Positions 1 through 12,009 are shown, numbered from the stretch's first letter. The stretch: 64,000 nucleotides of DNA from Neoechinorhynchus agilis (GCA_051530055.1 CM121342.1:13779480-13843479), one strand, 5' to 3'. Made by a program: numbers and translations. The notes: a model not told the origin generated them from the sequence alone.

Positions 1-441
1 TTGAAGTAGAGTGTACAAATGGACAATGGTATCCATTGGCACAAACAAGTTGCGCTAAAAGTAGGAGTGATATGATTGGTTTTCTTTTAAAAATCAACTA
101 ATCTAGGTGAATACCCGTTTGGGGATGACCGATTTATTGTTTTGATACCACAATAAACTGCTAATTTTGTTTTTGGGTGCTGCCAGCAGATACAAAAACT
201 CTATTTCTAAACTGTATATTTCTCAAATCAATAAAGTACACATAACTAGCTTGGCATTTAATGGGCTATTTATTTACTCGAAAACCAGTTATCTTTTATT
301 TGGTAAACCTCTCCTAAAAATTTCAAAATTTAAGCCGAAACTTAAATTTCGCGGCACAAGCAAAGACTATAATCTTAAAGGTGTTAAACTCAAGAAAGTG
401 TGCAAAAGGAAAAATAATAACGATTTGCATAGATCGTTTTT

Positions 442-831
442 TTACAAATCGAGCTCAATCTGTTTCGTGATACTTTCAAGACCATGCTTAACGCTTCCCA
501 TTTTTCCAATCAATTTATGAACTTGACTCGTTGTGTTGATTGATTGGGTACTAAAACACCGTCTCAGTATTAATTCACTTCTTAGCTCCCTCTTTTGTCT
601 ATTCAGTATGCTCAATTTTCTTTGAAGCAACGTCATTCTTTCTTTTAGTCTCAAATCTATGAGACTACCACAATTATTGTTATCTTGGATTTCAGAAGAG
701 TGAGATCGTCGATGTCTTGTTTCATTGCCAAGTTCGATAATCTTTCTTAAACGAGCATTTTCCTCTTCTGTTTTTGTGAGACTATCTCGAAGTTCGATCA
801 GTTGCTGGTGAATTTCTGTTAAATTGTTCAT
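442..831 (-). CDS. Hypothetical coiled-coil protein (129 aa, single exon)
   Basis: ATG-started ORF with heptad-like Leu/Glu/Arg pattern (LTEIHQQLIELRDSLTKTEEENARLRK); no recognisable family. Confidence 0.5.
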   Translation of the reverse strand: MNNLTEIHQQLIELRDSLTKTEEENARLRKIIELGNETRHRRSHSSEIQDNNNCGSLIDLRLKERMTLLQRKLSILNRQKRELRSELILRRCFSTQSINTTSQVHKLIGKMGSVKHGLESITKQIELDL

Positions 832-1866
832 GGCTCGATTTGTCTCATTCGATTTGCCGTTGACTGGGAAGAAGGAAAACTTTGTGAGCGATTACATATA
901 CAAAATGCAACGCAGAGAAAGTTCAACTATGTTGTTTGCGCAAACGTTTGTACTGAAACTTTTCAATCAAAGGGGATGATAACAATGATGGAAACGATAA
1001 CCTTTAAAAGTGTATTTTCGTTAGACAAATTACAAAGATATTATCAGATAGTGGTATGAAGCTAGCACTATTGCTAACATTACATCTTTGTGTACTATCT
1101 TTAAGATTACAGCATTATCTACAAATTGACTGGTTTAGAATCGAATACTAATAATTGCTTAAGATTGTGAAAATTTCAAGTTCAAAGACTCGCGTGCGAT
1201 AATAGAAGTAAGCGATTGCTCCAATGAACTATGCGTTTTACGTTTCGTGCTACACATCCGAAGGATCTGTCTCAACTTGTTGATTGAGTCACTGAGAAAT
1301 AGGCGTGTCTTGAGTTTCTAACTGACAAACGTGTAGATTCTTCAAAAATTGTTTAATTCTCTTTTATAAAAAGCAGTTTCGTTTTGAAGGTTATTATTTC
1401 CAAGAGAAAGATTATCTCAAAATATTAGGATCCTAACGCGAACGCACTAAATTTTAATAAACGGAATGATTTTCCTAATTAAATGATGGAACCACTTGGT
1501 AGGACCGTTTTCGTGCATCAATGATCGTTCGGAAAGTACTTACTTTTATCCACTCGACCTGTAACTTTAGCTTGCTTTGTGCAGAATATCTGTCTAAACA
1601 CACGAGTTGGCATTCATCTCGGAATCGCCTGGCATACCCCATTTGCAATCTTTGCATCCACGTTCTGCAACCGCGGAGAAAGTTTTCGTGCATCAATCAC
1701 TGTTGCCATGGCAATGTAGCTTGTTGTGATCCGGGCGTGGGATAGGTTTCGTGCGTAAAACGGATGCCTCATACTCTAGGAACTCATGTTAGACGAACAA
1801 TGCAGCGGGGTTAAGTTTACCGCGAGCATTCGTCTAAGCCCTACATAAACGCACCTTGAACGTAGG

Positions 1867-3805
1867 ATGAACAAGCTCATCTCGACGATCGTAAAACAAA
1901 AGACTGCTGCATTGTCCATCTTTCAATCAGGAATCGATGCTGTCAATCCGTATCGTGTTGTGAGCGATGCTTTAGCGAAAAATTCCAAATTCACGAACCA
2001 AAATCGTTTATACGCTTGTGCTTTTGGCAAGGCTGCGTTTGGTGAGTCAACTTTTCTGTTGAAATTATGTTCATTTTAAACTCAGAAATGATGAAGGCTG
2101 TCGATGATAAGATCGGTAATCGTCTCAATGAATGCGTTTTAAGTCTGCCCATAGGGCAGAGAAATCAAACAATTTCTCATAAATGGAATGCGCCCAAAAT
2201 GAGCATATATTATGGTGCAAAGAACAATGTGGCTGATGAGGATTCCATGAAGGCAGCAAAACACATATATGATCTTGCTAATGATCTCACCGAAAACGAC
2301 ACTCTACTAGTACTAATATCTGGTAGGAATCGATTTTTACATCCACGGCAAGTTAAATTTTCGTATTGGAATAGGTGGAGGATCAGCTCTATTGCCTTTG
2401 CCAGCGGATGGGATAAGTCTAAGAGATAAGCAAAAGGTCACCGTTTGTTTGGCTCAACGCGCTGCCTCCATACAAGAGCTCAACACCGTGAGAAAGGCTT
2501 TGTCCAAAATAAAAGGCGGCGGACTTCTCGAAAGAGCTCAACCAGCAAAGGTCTGCTAACATTGTTTCATTTTTGTCCACACCTCTTTAGGTCGTCTCGT
2601 ATATATTGTCCGATATTATTGGCGATCCGATCGACTTGATAGCATCTGCACCTACTGTTCTCGATTCCGCTAAATCTGGAGACGCAATTGACATCATTGA
2701 AAAATATGATTTACTGAGCGAACTTTTCGATAATCGGGATTTTATAGTGACCATATATGTACCCTAAAATTGTTCATAATATTTTCGGAACTTAAGTGCC
2801 ATCTTGCGTGTAAAACTATCGCATTCATTTTCGTTTTGCTCCGAATATGGATTATATAACCGACTACTTGAATAAAATAGTAAAAAGTGTATATATAATG
2901 CGTTCTGTAGGTAATCGATATCTATATTCTGATTGCCGAAAGTGCATTATCAAATAGTTTGAAGTTTTATTAGACCCGAGTAGATTTTATGTAAACAGTT
3001 ACTTAAATTCATTTTATCTTTGAACGCCATTAGATGTATATTTTAATTTGCAAATGTGGAAATATTCTTGGCTTTTGTCGCTGCTCATCCTACTTGTTAT
3101 CGAACATAGCGCCAGATACATCGACAGTTACCTCGTAACATTACGGAACATCTCAGAAAACGAGCAGCCAAGTCACTGGACAAGATCAAGTACAGATCCG
3201 AGGTTCAAATAGTGGCCAGTAACGCAATGGCACTAAAGGCTGCATCCGAGAAAGCCATAGAACTTGGATACTCACCATATATTTTGACCGACAAACTCAC
3301 AGGAGAAGCCAGGCAAAGGGGTTCGCAAATAGCAAGACTTTTACATGGCGATCGGAATGCTCTTGGCGAGATGGGACTTGAAGTTGTCGATCACTGCGAT
3401 AGACGAAAGTGTTACTTATTGGGCGGAGAAACCACCGTCGTTGTAAAAGGCAATGGAACTGGGGGTCGAAACCAAGAACTCGCTTTATCGGCGGCGCTTC
3501 AATTTGACTCGGACATGAGTGACGACAATCTTTTAGTGTTAGCTGGTGGCACTGATGGTATCGATGGCCCTACGGATGCAGCGGGTGCATTCGGTTACCG
3601 CCAGTTGATTAGAAGCGGTGTTTTACTATTCAAATCACTTTATTGAAGAGTTAAGCATTGTGATAAGGGTAAATACGATGAAGGATTAAAGGCACTTGAA
3701 AACAACGATGCTTATACTTTTCTGAAACAAGTGGATGGGCTTGTGTTTACTGGACACACTGGAACCAATGTCATGGATATGGTTGTCGGACTTTCTGATG
3801 AATAG
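1867..3805 (+). CDS. GLYCTK: Glycerate kinase (GLYCTK/TtuD-MOFRL family), 6 exons
   Basis: Spliced motifs AFGKAAF, LVLISGGGSALL, ILSDIIGDPIDLIASAPT, LLGGETTV, GGRNQELAL, GGTDGIDGPTDAAGA, GHTGTNVMD. GT-AG introns at about 2042-2085, 2323-2374, 2551-2590 and 3618-3650, plus an atypical intron about 2714-3115. Confidence 0.92.
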
Positions 3806-4179
3806 ATATGTTAATGAGGTCAATGATTAAATTGAATTTATATCAAGTTGTTCGATCGCTGAGTTTCTATTTGAATAAAAATAATTTTTACAAATGTTGT
3901 TTTGAGAATCCTTGAATTTGCCACATTTTAAAGAAACCATTTAGAATTCTTATTATTGAGCTTCACCTTCTATTGCGATGAGTGTTATCTAAGAAGGTAG
4001 CATAATTTTTCAGTCGTTGCTTTACGTTTTAATTTTTTGCATAACGGAGTCAAAGGTGGTGTTTTTAGCAATAACGACAATTTGGATGATATACTGAAAT
4101 CGCATCACCCTGTGTTTTACTTGGTCACAACACGCACATATTGAACGCCCCATAAGTTATCTTAACAAACTTTTTTTGG

Positions 4180-4415
4180 GGGATGCTATGTTGAGAAGTA
4201 ATTTGACAACGTTTAGGTTTAGAGCCTAATTTCGAAAATTCGAAGCAAACCGCACCTGAACACAACGAGGATGCGTTCAACCACTGTAATTTTTAATCTG
4301 AAGTCATGCTGCCTCAAAAGCATTATCGAGATTATTAATGAGAGTCAAAGGTATTTAGTTTTTAGATGTTGAGGGATGCTATTTTGAGAAGTAATTTGAC
4401 AACGTTTCGGTTTAG
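4180..4415 (+). repeat. Direct repeat pair of about 43 bp (4180-4222, 4373-4415)
   Basis: gggatgctat(g/t)ttgagaagtaatttgacaacgttt(a/c)ggtttag present twice, 2 mismatches. Confidence 0.85.
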
Positions 4416-4734
4416 TGTAATTTTAGAACGACAAATATTTTGGACATTACGAAAATAGGATGCAAACTGAACCTGCATTAAATTCGACCGAGGAAACTCA
4501 TGTATGTGCCACTACGTTTCGTCTCATGTATTTTTTGCAGTGCAAATGTTCGACGCCATCGCTTTTGGATTTGTTCGAACACTTATTCAGCAGAGAATTT
4601 TTTTGATTAATTGCGTTACCTTTTTCATCAGAGATTAACAATTTCGTGCATTTTATTGGCTATTTTCTTCACTATTGCATCGATTTCCATAGAAACGCCG
4701 GTCACGCCAAATTACAATATGTTTGCGTAGAGCA

Positions 4735-6293
4735 ATGCCACTAGAAGATTTATATGATCGTATTATTGTCATGGATATGGGATCCTTCCAGTTTCGATCC
4801 GGGTACGCAGTCGATTCAGAACCTAGATCTGTCCGCTACACTTCCACGGGTCGCCCATACAATCTCCCCACAAGCAGACTGAATATCGCTGCAGAATTCA
4901 TAGGGGTTAATGCGACAAGTTCAACAGGAGATGCTCGACTTATTGATAGAGGTGTCGTAGTTGACTGGGATAGGATGAAATCCTTCTGGTCCACAATTAT
5001 CGAGGAAGACCTTAGGTGGAAACCGGAAAATACATGCTTAATGGTTTGCGACTCCTTATGGGACTCTGAACTTGGTCGTGAAAAGGCAATGGAGGTTTGT
5101 TTTTATTACATTTAGTCGAATGATAAGATAGCTAATACCTTTCTAGATTGGTTTTGAAAGCTTGAATCTCAAGGGGTTTTACGCCGCCTATCAGCCCATT
5201 GCAGGTCTTTTATCAACTGGAGTTAGTTCTGGAATGGTAATTGACGGTGGTTATGATTTTGTTACAGTTGCGCCTATAATGGATTCCTATGTACTGCAAA
5301 GGGGAGCAAGACGTTCAGCGATCGCTGGTCACGAAATGGATCTGTGTCTAAGACAGGCTCTAGCTCAAAGGCCGGAGAATAGAGCAGCTCTGGAGCGTAA
5401 GTAGCGCTAATTTTTGTATATTGTTTTTCCCGAATTCAAAACCTCGGTTTGTGAAACTTGTTCAATAACCGAGAGGAAATTATTGAAACCGCATGAAACT
5501 TGGCATTAAAAATGTTGTTGGAACTTTCTTATTTTTTTATCTTTAATTCATGCAGCCTCTTTAAACCAGGAATTTCACAATCCATGAGTTGCTTAACCAT
5601 TCATAAACTTTGTGGGGTTTATTTTAGTGAGCTGCGGGCTTGCACTTTTACGGTAGGCCCAACACAAATAATTCAGCGATCAGGGGAACGAAAATATTTT
5701 TTTCATACCGATACATGATAGATTTTTATATTTGATGTTTAACTTAAGTTGCAACCGATGAACATATGAGGGAAATAAAAGAGAATCATTGTTACATTCC
5801 TTTTGAGTACAGCCGAGAGGAACGCATCTTTGACGATAAAGATCTTATTATTGAGATTGATCGTGGTCTATCGGTTCATGTTGGCAAGGAGAGATATCGA
5901 GCAGCCGAACCGCTTTTCTCTCCCTACATGATTAAATCCAAAGAAGAGAGTTTAACGGTTTTAATAAGAAAATCGATGATTTCGGCGACTCTTTATCACC
6001 CTCATAATGCATATCAGGATGGATGGTTTGAAGGAAAGTTTTACTCCAACATCGTTATTACGGGAGGCTTATCGAAACTTGATGGGTTTGTGGCTCGTAT
6101 CAGAAAAGAAACTTCCGTTTTGGCACCCAGTCGAGCTAAAGTACACGTTCAAACGCCGGCACAAAGGGATCAAGGCACTTGGGTAGGTGCTTCATTATGG
6201 GCAAGACAACCAGGATTTACAGATCTATGGATAACAAAAGCCTGTTATGATGAGTATGGATCAGAAGCAATTCACTTCAGGTGCCTCAGATAA
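4735..6293 (+). CDS. Divergent actin-family (actin-related) protein, 3 exons
   Basis: Actin-fold motifs IVMDMGSFQFRSGYA, RGVVVDWDRM..FW, GMVIDGG, ERYRAAEPLFSP, SNIVITGGLS, WVGAS, WITKACYDEYG..AIHFRCL. GT-AG introns about 5095-5146 and 5398-5748. Confidence 0.88.
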
Positions 6294-6678
6294 TTGTTTC
6301 GATCTAAGATACTTTTTGTATTATTAGTAAAAATGTCTATAAATTATCCAAAACGCATCACTCCCTTTTTGAAAATAAGCTTTATATTTCCACAAGAAAT
6401 ATTGCGATGATGCAACCGAATTTGTTTGTAGTGCCTGTTTCAGTCAGAACAGTTCTCGAAAATGCAAGTAAAAACGTTCCGGATTCAATCGGTATTCTTG
6501 CTTATTTATAGTGGAAATTATTTGTTTGAATTTGCTTTCCGAGAAACACGGCTTAATTTTAGCTACTTATCGTTCTTATGCACTATATGGAAAATCATTC
6601 AGTCGATAGATTCGGGATCGTTGTCATAGTAACAGATAAACTAGCAGATACATCCACAAATGAGTTTGACCGTACGTT

Positions 6679-7504
6679 ATGCAAGTAGGAATTTATATTT
6701 GCGCTGTGTGCTTAATGCTAAATCTGGATGTATTTGGTGAGTTTATTGATGAACTTGTTTTAAAATCCTAAATGTCGGCTATTGGTCACCAGCACTGCGT
6801 AAGGACTGCTTATTACCGATAGATAAAGGTTTGGAACAAACATGCACAAAATCAGCGCGATATCTTTATCAGCGTTTCGCCTATAATGCGCTTAAGGAAG
6901 ACTGTCAACCTTTTGAATACTTTGGTTGTGGTAGAAATGCGAACAATTTCAGGACATATGTAGAATGTATTGAATATTGTAACGCAACTGAAGAGACAAG
7001 TATATAAAAGTAAATAAACCAATTAATATAGCTTAGTTTAGCCACGACTACTATACCGCCGACGACCACAACAACAACGACCACTCTACCTCCGACGACC
7101 ACAACAACAACCACTAATCTACCGCCGACGACCACAACAACAACGACTACACAGCCGACGACCACAACGACGACTACTCCACAGCCGACGACCACAAGGC
7201 CGACGGAGAACGGTGAGATTTCCTTATTCAATATCACTAATTAACCGGCCATCTACCAGTATGCGACCAACCAATGCAAGTAGGAAACTGTGGGCAAATT
7301 CATGCTCGGTATTATTTTGACAACACATCAGCAATGTGTAAAATATTCCATTATTCCGGATGCGGCGGAAATGGCAACAGATTTACTAGTCAGCTCGATT
7401 GTTGCAAAAAGTGTGGCAATAATACGGCCCTCGAACAGTGCGGCGTCAAGATGATGGAATACCAGAGATCGATTTTGGTGGCAGTCAAGCGCTTTCCATG
7501 TTGA
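6679..7504 (+). CDS. Secreted protein with two Kunitz/BPTI domains separated by a Thr/Pro-rich mucin-like linker
   Basis: Exon 1 MQVGIYICAVCLMLNLDVFA resembles a signal peptide. Kunitz 1 CLLPIDKG...FEYFGCGRNANNFRTYVECIEYC; Kunitz 2 CDQPMQVGNC...FHYSGCGGNGNRFTSQLDCCKKC. Introns about 6737-6792, 7000-7041, 7212-7259; 3' end uncertain. Confidence 0.85.
7050..7200 (+). repeat. Coding minisatellite, about 30-33 bp unit x ~5 (PPTTTTTTT)
   Basis: Repeated ccgacgaccacaacaac units in the Kunitz linker exon. Confidence 0.9.
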
Positions 7505-8214
7505 GGCTACAATTTTAGTAAAATTGAAAAAGTGGATCAAGTAAATTTTATTTCGCATTTGGTTTTAGGCTAGAGTTCTACGTTGTTGCATCCATCGCCA
7601 AGCAATCATTATCACAGAGCCACTTAACAACTTTATTCTGCCATAAAAGCTATCCTAGGCTATTGAGGAAACCCAAACTTTTTCACCCATTACCGTTTAA
7701 ACATTTACTATTTTTCGCGTGATTTCGGGAACGCAAAGCACAAGTTTAATCAGAAAATAAAAATAGGAAGAAGACCCGATTGGCGTTCAAAGACCATCCA
7801 TTTTTGAAAATCAATTTATTGAAGAATACATACTTAAGATCAGACGGACGTTTTAATATGAACAGTTATTCCTCGGCACGAACTAACATCTTACATTTTT
7901 TAATTAGCTAATTTTCTAATATAAATACGCTTATTTTTAAAACAGGGGATCATATTAAAAGGAAGAATAATCAGTAGATCAGATTTAGCAATCCAGGTGA
8001 TGTTATTTAGAGTTTATATTTTTAAACTGCTGCATCTATAAAAATATAATCTACAAAATTTCGTGTAAGTTCACAAATACGATTGCAAATTCGCAAATGC
8101 GGCAACGTATACAAGAGATAAAGTAGTTGATAGGGTTCTATTTATGCGATCATATTTACAAAAAAAGTTTTTAATTACCCTTAAAGCATAGAATCCGTAA
8201 AAATATAATTTTTA

Positions 8215-9300
8215 AAATTCTGTGCGTACACAAATACGCACGCTACGCATACTCGCAAATTCATCAATGGATACTAAAGCGGACATTGCTTTTAGAGTTC
8301 GCTTCATGACGAACCAATTGATAAAGAAACAAAAATCTCCTATGCTGGCATATAAAGTGCGCCGTCGATAAAAAATATCCTTCAATTAATTTTTGTGTGC
8401 GTCCACGAATACGCAACGCATACTCGCAGATTCGTCGATGGATACAAAAGTGGGCATTGCTTTTAGAGTTCTCTTTATGGCGATCCCATTGAAAAAGAAG
8501 CAAACAATCTCTTTTTTGTCGGCCTTCAAAGTACGGCATCGATAAAAGAAAATCTTCCAATTAATTTTTCGGTGTGTTCACGAGTACGAACGCATACTCG
8601 AAGATTCATCGATGTATACTAAGACGGGCATTGTTATTTGATTTCTCTTTATGGCGATACCAATTCATATAGAAACCAAAAATCTCCTTTATTGTTGACC
8701 TTAAAAGTACCGCATCGGCAAAAAATATTTTTTAATTAATTTTTGTGTGCGTACACGAGTACGAACATATACTCGAAGATTCGTCGATGCATACTAAAGC
8801 CGACATTGTTTTTAGAGTTCTCCTTATGGCGATCCCATTGCAAAAGAAGCAAAATCTCTTTTTTGTTGACCTTCATAGTATTGCATCGGTAAAAAATATC
8901 CTTCAATTAATTTTTGTGTGCGATCACGAATACGAACGCATACTCGCAGATACGGCGATGTATACTAAGGTAGACATTGTTTTGGAGTTATGTTTATGGC
9001 GATCCCATCAACAAACAAATTCTTTTTTACCGCATCGGCAAAAAATATTTTTTAATGAATTTTTGTGTGCGTACACGAATACGAACGCATACTAGCAGAT
9101 TCATCAATGTATACTAAAGCCGGCATTGTTTTTAGAGTTCTCTTGATGGCGATCCCATTGAAAAAGAAGCAAAAAATCTATTTTTGTGTTGAACTTCAAA
9201 GTACCGTATCGATAAAAAATATCCTTCGATTAATTTTTGTGTGCGTCCACGAATACGCAACGCATACTAGCAGATACGTCAACGTATACTAAAGTGGACA
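8215..9300. repeat. Tandem satellite, about 172-bp unit, ~6 diverged copies
   Basis: Unit ttttgtgtgcgt.cacga.tacgaacgcatactcgcagatt...tttagagttctc.ttatggcgatcccattg recurs near 8218, 8391, 8565, 8741, 8911, 9061 and 9236. Confidence 0.92.
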
Positions 9301-9451
9301 ATCATGTAATTAAATTGCCTAAAAACACTGACAACCGGAAACTTTCGTTTCATTATGCGTGTACAGCGCTTTTATGTGCATATTGGGTTCCGTTTGCAAA
9401 CTTAGTCAATTACTGAGGCTTTATTAACCGTTCGTTCGGATTGTGGATGCG

Positions 9452-11143
9452 ATGAACGGTTCTTCCGGTGTAGGACGCATTCAAAAGGACAATATCGATT
9501 GTTTTTGTTTTTTGTATTTGGCTAAGTCGTCGATTTTTATGGACATTGATTGCAATGAATGTGGGCATTGTAGCGTAGCGGCTTGTGGTGCGATTTGTTT
9601 GGCTCTTGATCAATTGGACATTGCGGACCTTATGCAATGTCGATGTGTATGTAGGCAATTTAGACACGCAGCCGATGATATTCTGATTTATCGATTGGAA
9701 GCACAAGCTTACAATTGGTTTCAGAAATGGCGACTAATATACTTTAGCAGTGGTCCAACGGCAAGACATTTTCCTTCATTGGTTGTCGTATGCAACCAAC
9801 TGTTCTTATTTGGAGGGATCACGTGCCGAACTTCCCTGAACGATATGTGGTGCGCCGATCTGGCTGATGAGACGACTGAGCTGAAATGGAATCCTGTATT
9901 GAAAGGGCGAGAGTTTCCTTTAAATGATAGAATATCCTTAACTTGGTCTTTGAAAACTTTCATTTCTTATATAAAGTTAATTTTTGAACTTTTTCACTTC
10001 TTCTATCATGCCTTTTATTTTCGCAATTATATTGGTCGTTCATGACAGAGATTGTGAGTGCGAGGCATCTTTGTAAGCGGCGCAGTACGCTCATTTCCTT
10101 AAAAAAATGCTGCCGGCTAATTTTGAAGTGCTAAACAATTATTAAAACTTCTGAGATTGATATTCTTCATTAAAACGCTCTGGCGCTTCACTTACGCATT
10201 TGCAATCGTCTCCCCGTGACAGAGGATACCTTTTTCTGCATGGCGGAGCTGAGATATATTCCTTCAATGGTCATGGTCCAATGGAGGAAATGAACGATAG
10301 TTTCATTATGTGCCTGAAAACGCTCGAATGGAAACGCGTGTACGGTTCGATGATTGACAACGAAGATAAAAACGATATTCAATTCGGTATTTCACCGATG
10401 TTAAATCAACATGTATGCACCGCAATAAGTCCTAATAAAATCCTTGTGCTCGATGGAGCCAACTCACGCAGGCAAGGCTCCGACGAAGCATGGATAGTGA
10501 CCATCGATATCAGTGATTATGACAAAAAAGCCGTAATACCTGCTCTATGGACTAAGTTCTGAATTCGGTCCATGGTCTGTGATCGAACTCATAGCGCTTT
10601 ATTCTCAGCTGTACAAATGCGCCAATGAACGCGAATCGCGTTATGTTAGCACAAGGAATCCGTTCTTTTGATGAAGGCCGTAAAGTGATCGTAACGTTTC
10701 TAAGATTTGCCACTACAGGTCCTGTCCTTGAAGTATGGCTACTTGATATTGGGAAAAAGAATTGGACTATTTTGACTGTTGATGTTTTCCCGGGTGAGAA
10801 GCGAAATATCACATCAACGATTCTACCTAATGCTCATCCTATTATAATCGTCGGAGACTGTATCAATGAACTAAAGCTAAGGAATTTTATTGTGCTCAAA
10901 AAAGGTAGCCAGTGGAAGGAAATAAAAATCACTGAGGTTGATTTTGATGATTTAGACAATTACTTATTTACTTGGGTGCCCCACCCAAGTCTAAAGAGAG
11001 AACGTTTCGATAATGTGGATGTAAGTGAACGCTTGTCCAAGGATAGTAGACTTGTAGCTGATAACAGAGGAATTCTGATGTTCATGACTCAACGAAGAAC
11101 AACAGAGAGAACAGAAGATTTCTTCATCCTGCGATTAGAATGA
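9452..11143 (+). CDS. F-box/Kelch-repeat protein (FBXO42-like architecture)
   Basis: F-box-like AICLALDQLDIADLMQCRCVCRQFRHAADD, then Kelch blades PTARHFPSLVVVCNQLFLFGG..SLNDMW and RSGASLTHL..GYLFLHGG. GT-AG intron 10556-10608; 250-bp non-GT-AG insertion 9925-10174; start codon uncertain (9452 or 9539). Confidence 0.8.
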
Positions 11144-11426
11144 AGGGAGTTTATCTACAGTTAAAAGTGAGAGTGACTTACGAAATGTTCATTCGATTTC
11201 TTTATCAAATACGGGATAGAACAAAGTTTTCCAAGATTTTATGGTTCGCCTCTTCCAACTATATAAAAGTCGAGGAACTTTGATTTATCTACTCTAATTC
11301 CCTTGCTTAAAAACGCGATTAATAAAGCTTATTGGTTTCAAGTAATTAGCTAATTTACGTGTCATTGCGGTAAATGGGCTACGATGTGGATATGCGAGAA
11401 GGTACCGGGGGTTTATGATTAGAATT

Positions 11427-11620
11427 GTGTTATTTAGAAGTCTTCACCCGGTAAATATTTTTTCGATTAAAGACGTTATGCGAACCTCGTCGGGTTCATC
11501 ATCAGTTTATTAGTTATTAAAAGACGCTTTATTAACAAACTGACGATGAACCCGACGAGGTTCGCATAACGTCTTTAATCGGAAAAAAATATTTACCGGG
11601 TGAAGACTTCTAAATAACAC
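11427..11620. mobile_element. Palindromic element with a variant HHR-like motif in each arm
   Basis: Arms of about 85 bp are near-perfect inverted repeats; each reads CTGA(C/T)GA-T-GAACC-CGACGA-GGTTC-GCATA-ACGT-C outward. Confidence 0.75.
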
Positions 11621-11716
11621 TTCTAAATGGTATTATGGAAAGCCTCTTTTCCCAACACCCTCATGTTTATTCCAGATTTATTATCGAACGGAAAATGGGT
11701 GTTTTATTTGTTTATT

Positions 11717-11755
11717 GCTTCAAATTTTCGACGCCTTGCGTCTTCGTCAGGAAGC
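11717..11755 (-). ncRNA. Minimal type I hammerhead ribozyme motif
   Basis: GCTTC-CTGACGA-A-GACGC-AAG-GCGTC-GAA-AATT-T-GAAGC: stem I 5 bp, stem II 5 bp, palindromic stem III. Confidence 0.85.
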
Positions 11756-11970
11756 TTTTCTTCGGTTGTCTGAAAAGGAATCAGAGGAGGGCAACGCTGT
11801 CGCAGAAAAATGATCCGTTGCTCCAAAATCTTTATCCTCTCCAGAGTCGCGAAGAAGTTTGCAGAGGCTCGCGCATGTTCATAATATTATGGAAAGCCTC
11901 TTTTCCCAACACCCTCATGTTTATTCCAGATTTATTATCGAACGGAAAATGGGTGTTTTATTTGTTTATT

Positions 11971-12009
11971 GCTTCAAATTTTCGACGCCTTGCGTCTTCG
12001 TCAGGAAGC
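11971..12009 (-). ncRNA. Minimal type I hammerhead ribozyme motif (identical tandem copy)
   Basis: Same sequence as 11717-11755, 254 nt away. Confidence 0.85.

Noticed and set aside
8264-9292. ORFs of 75-116 aa on both strands in the satellite
   Set aside because: Produced by the tandem repeat; frames break between units and there is no domain signal
10556-10608. Frame shift in the F-box gene
   Set aside because: Explained by a 53-bp GT-AG intron
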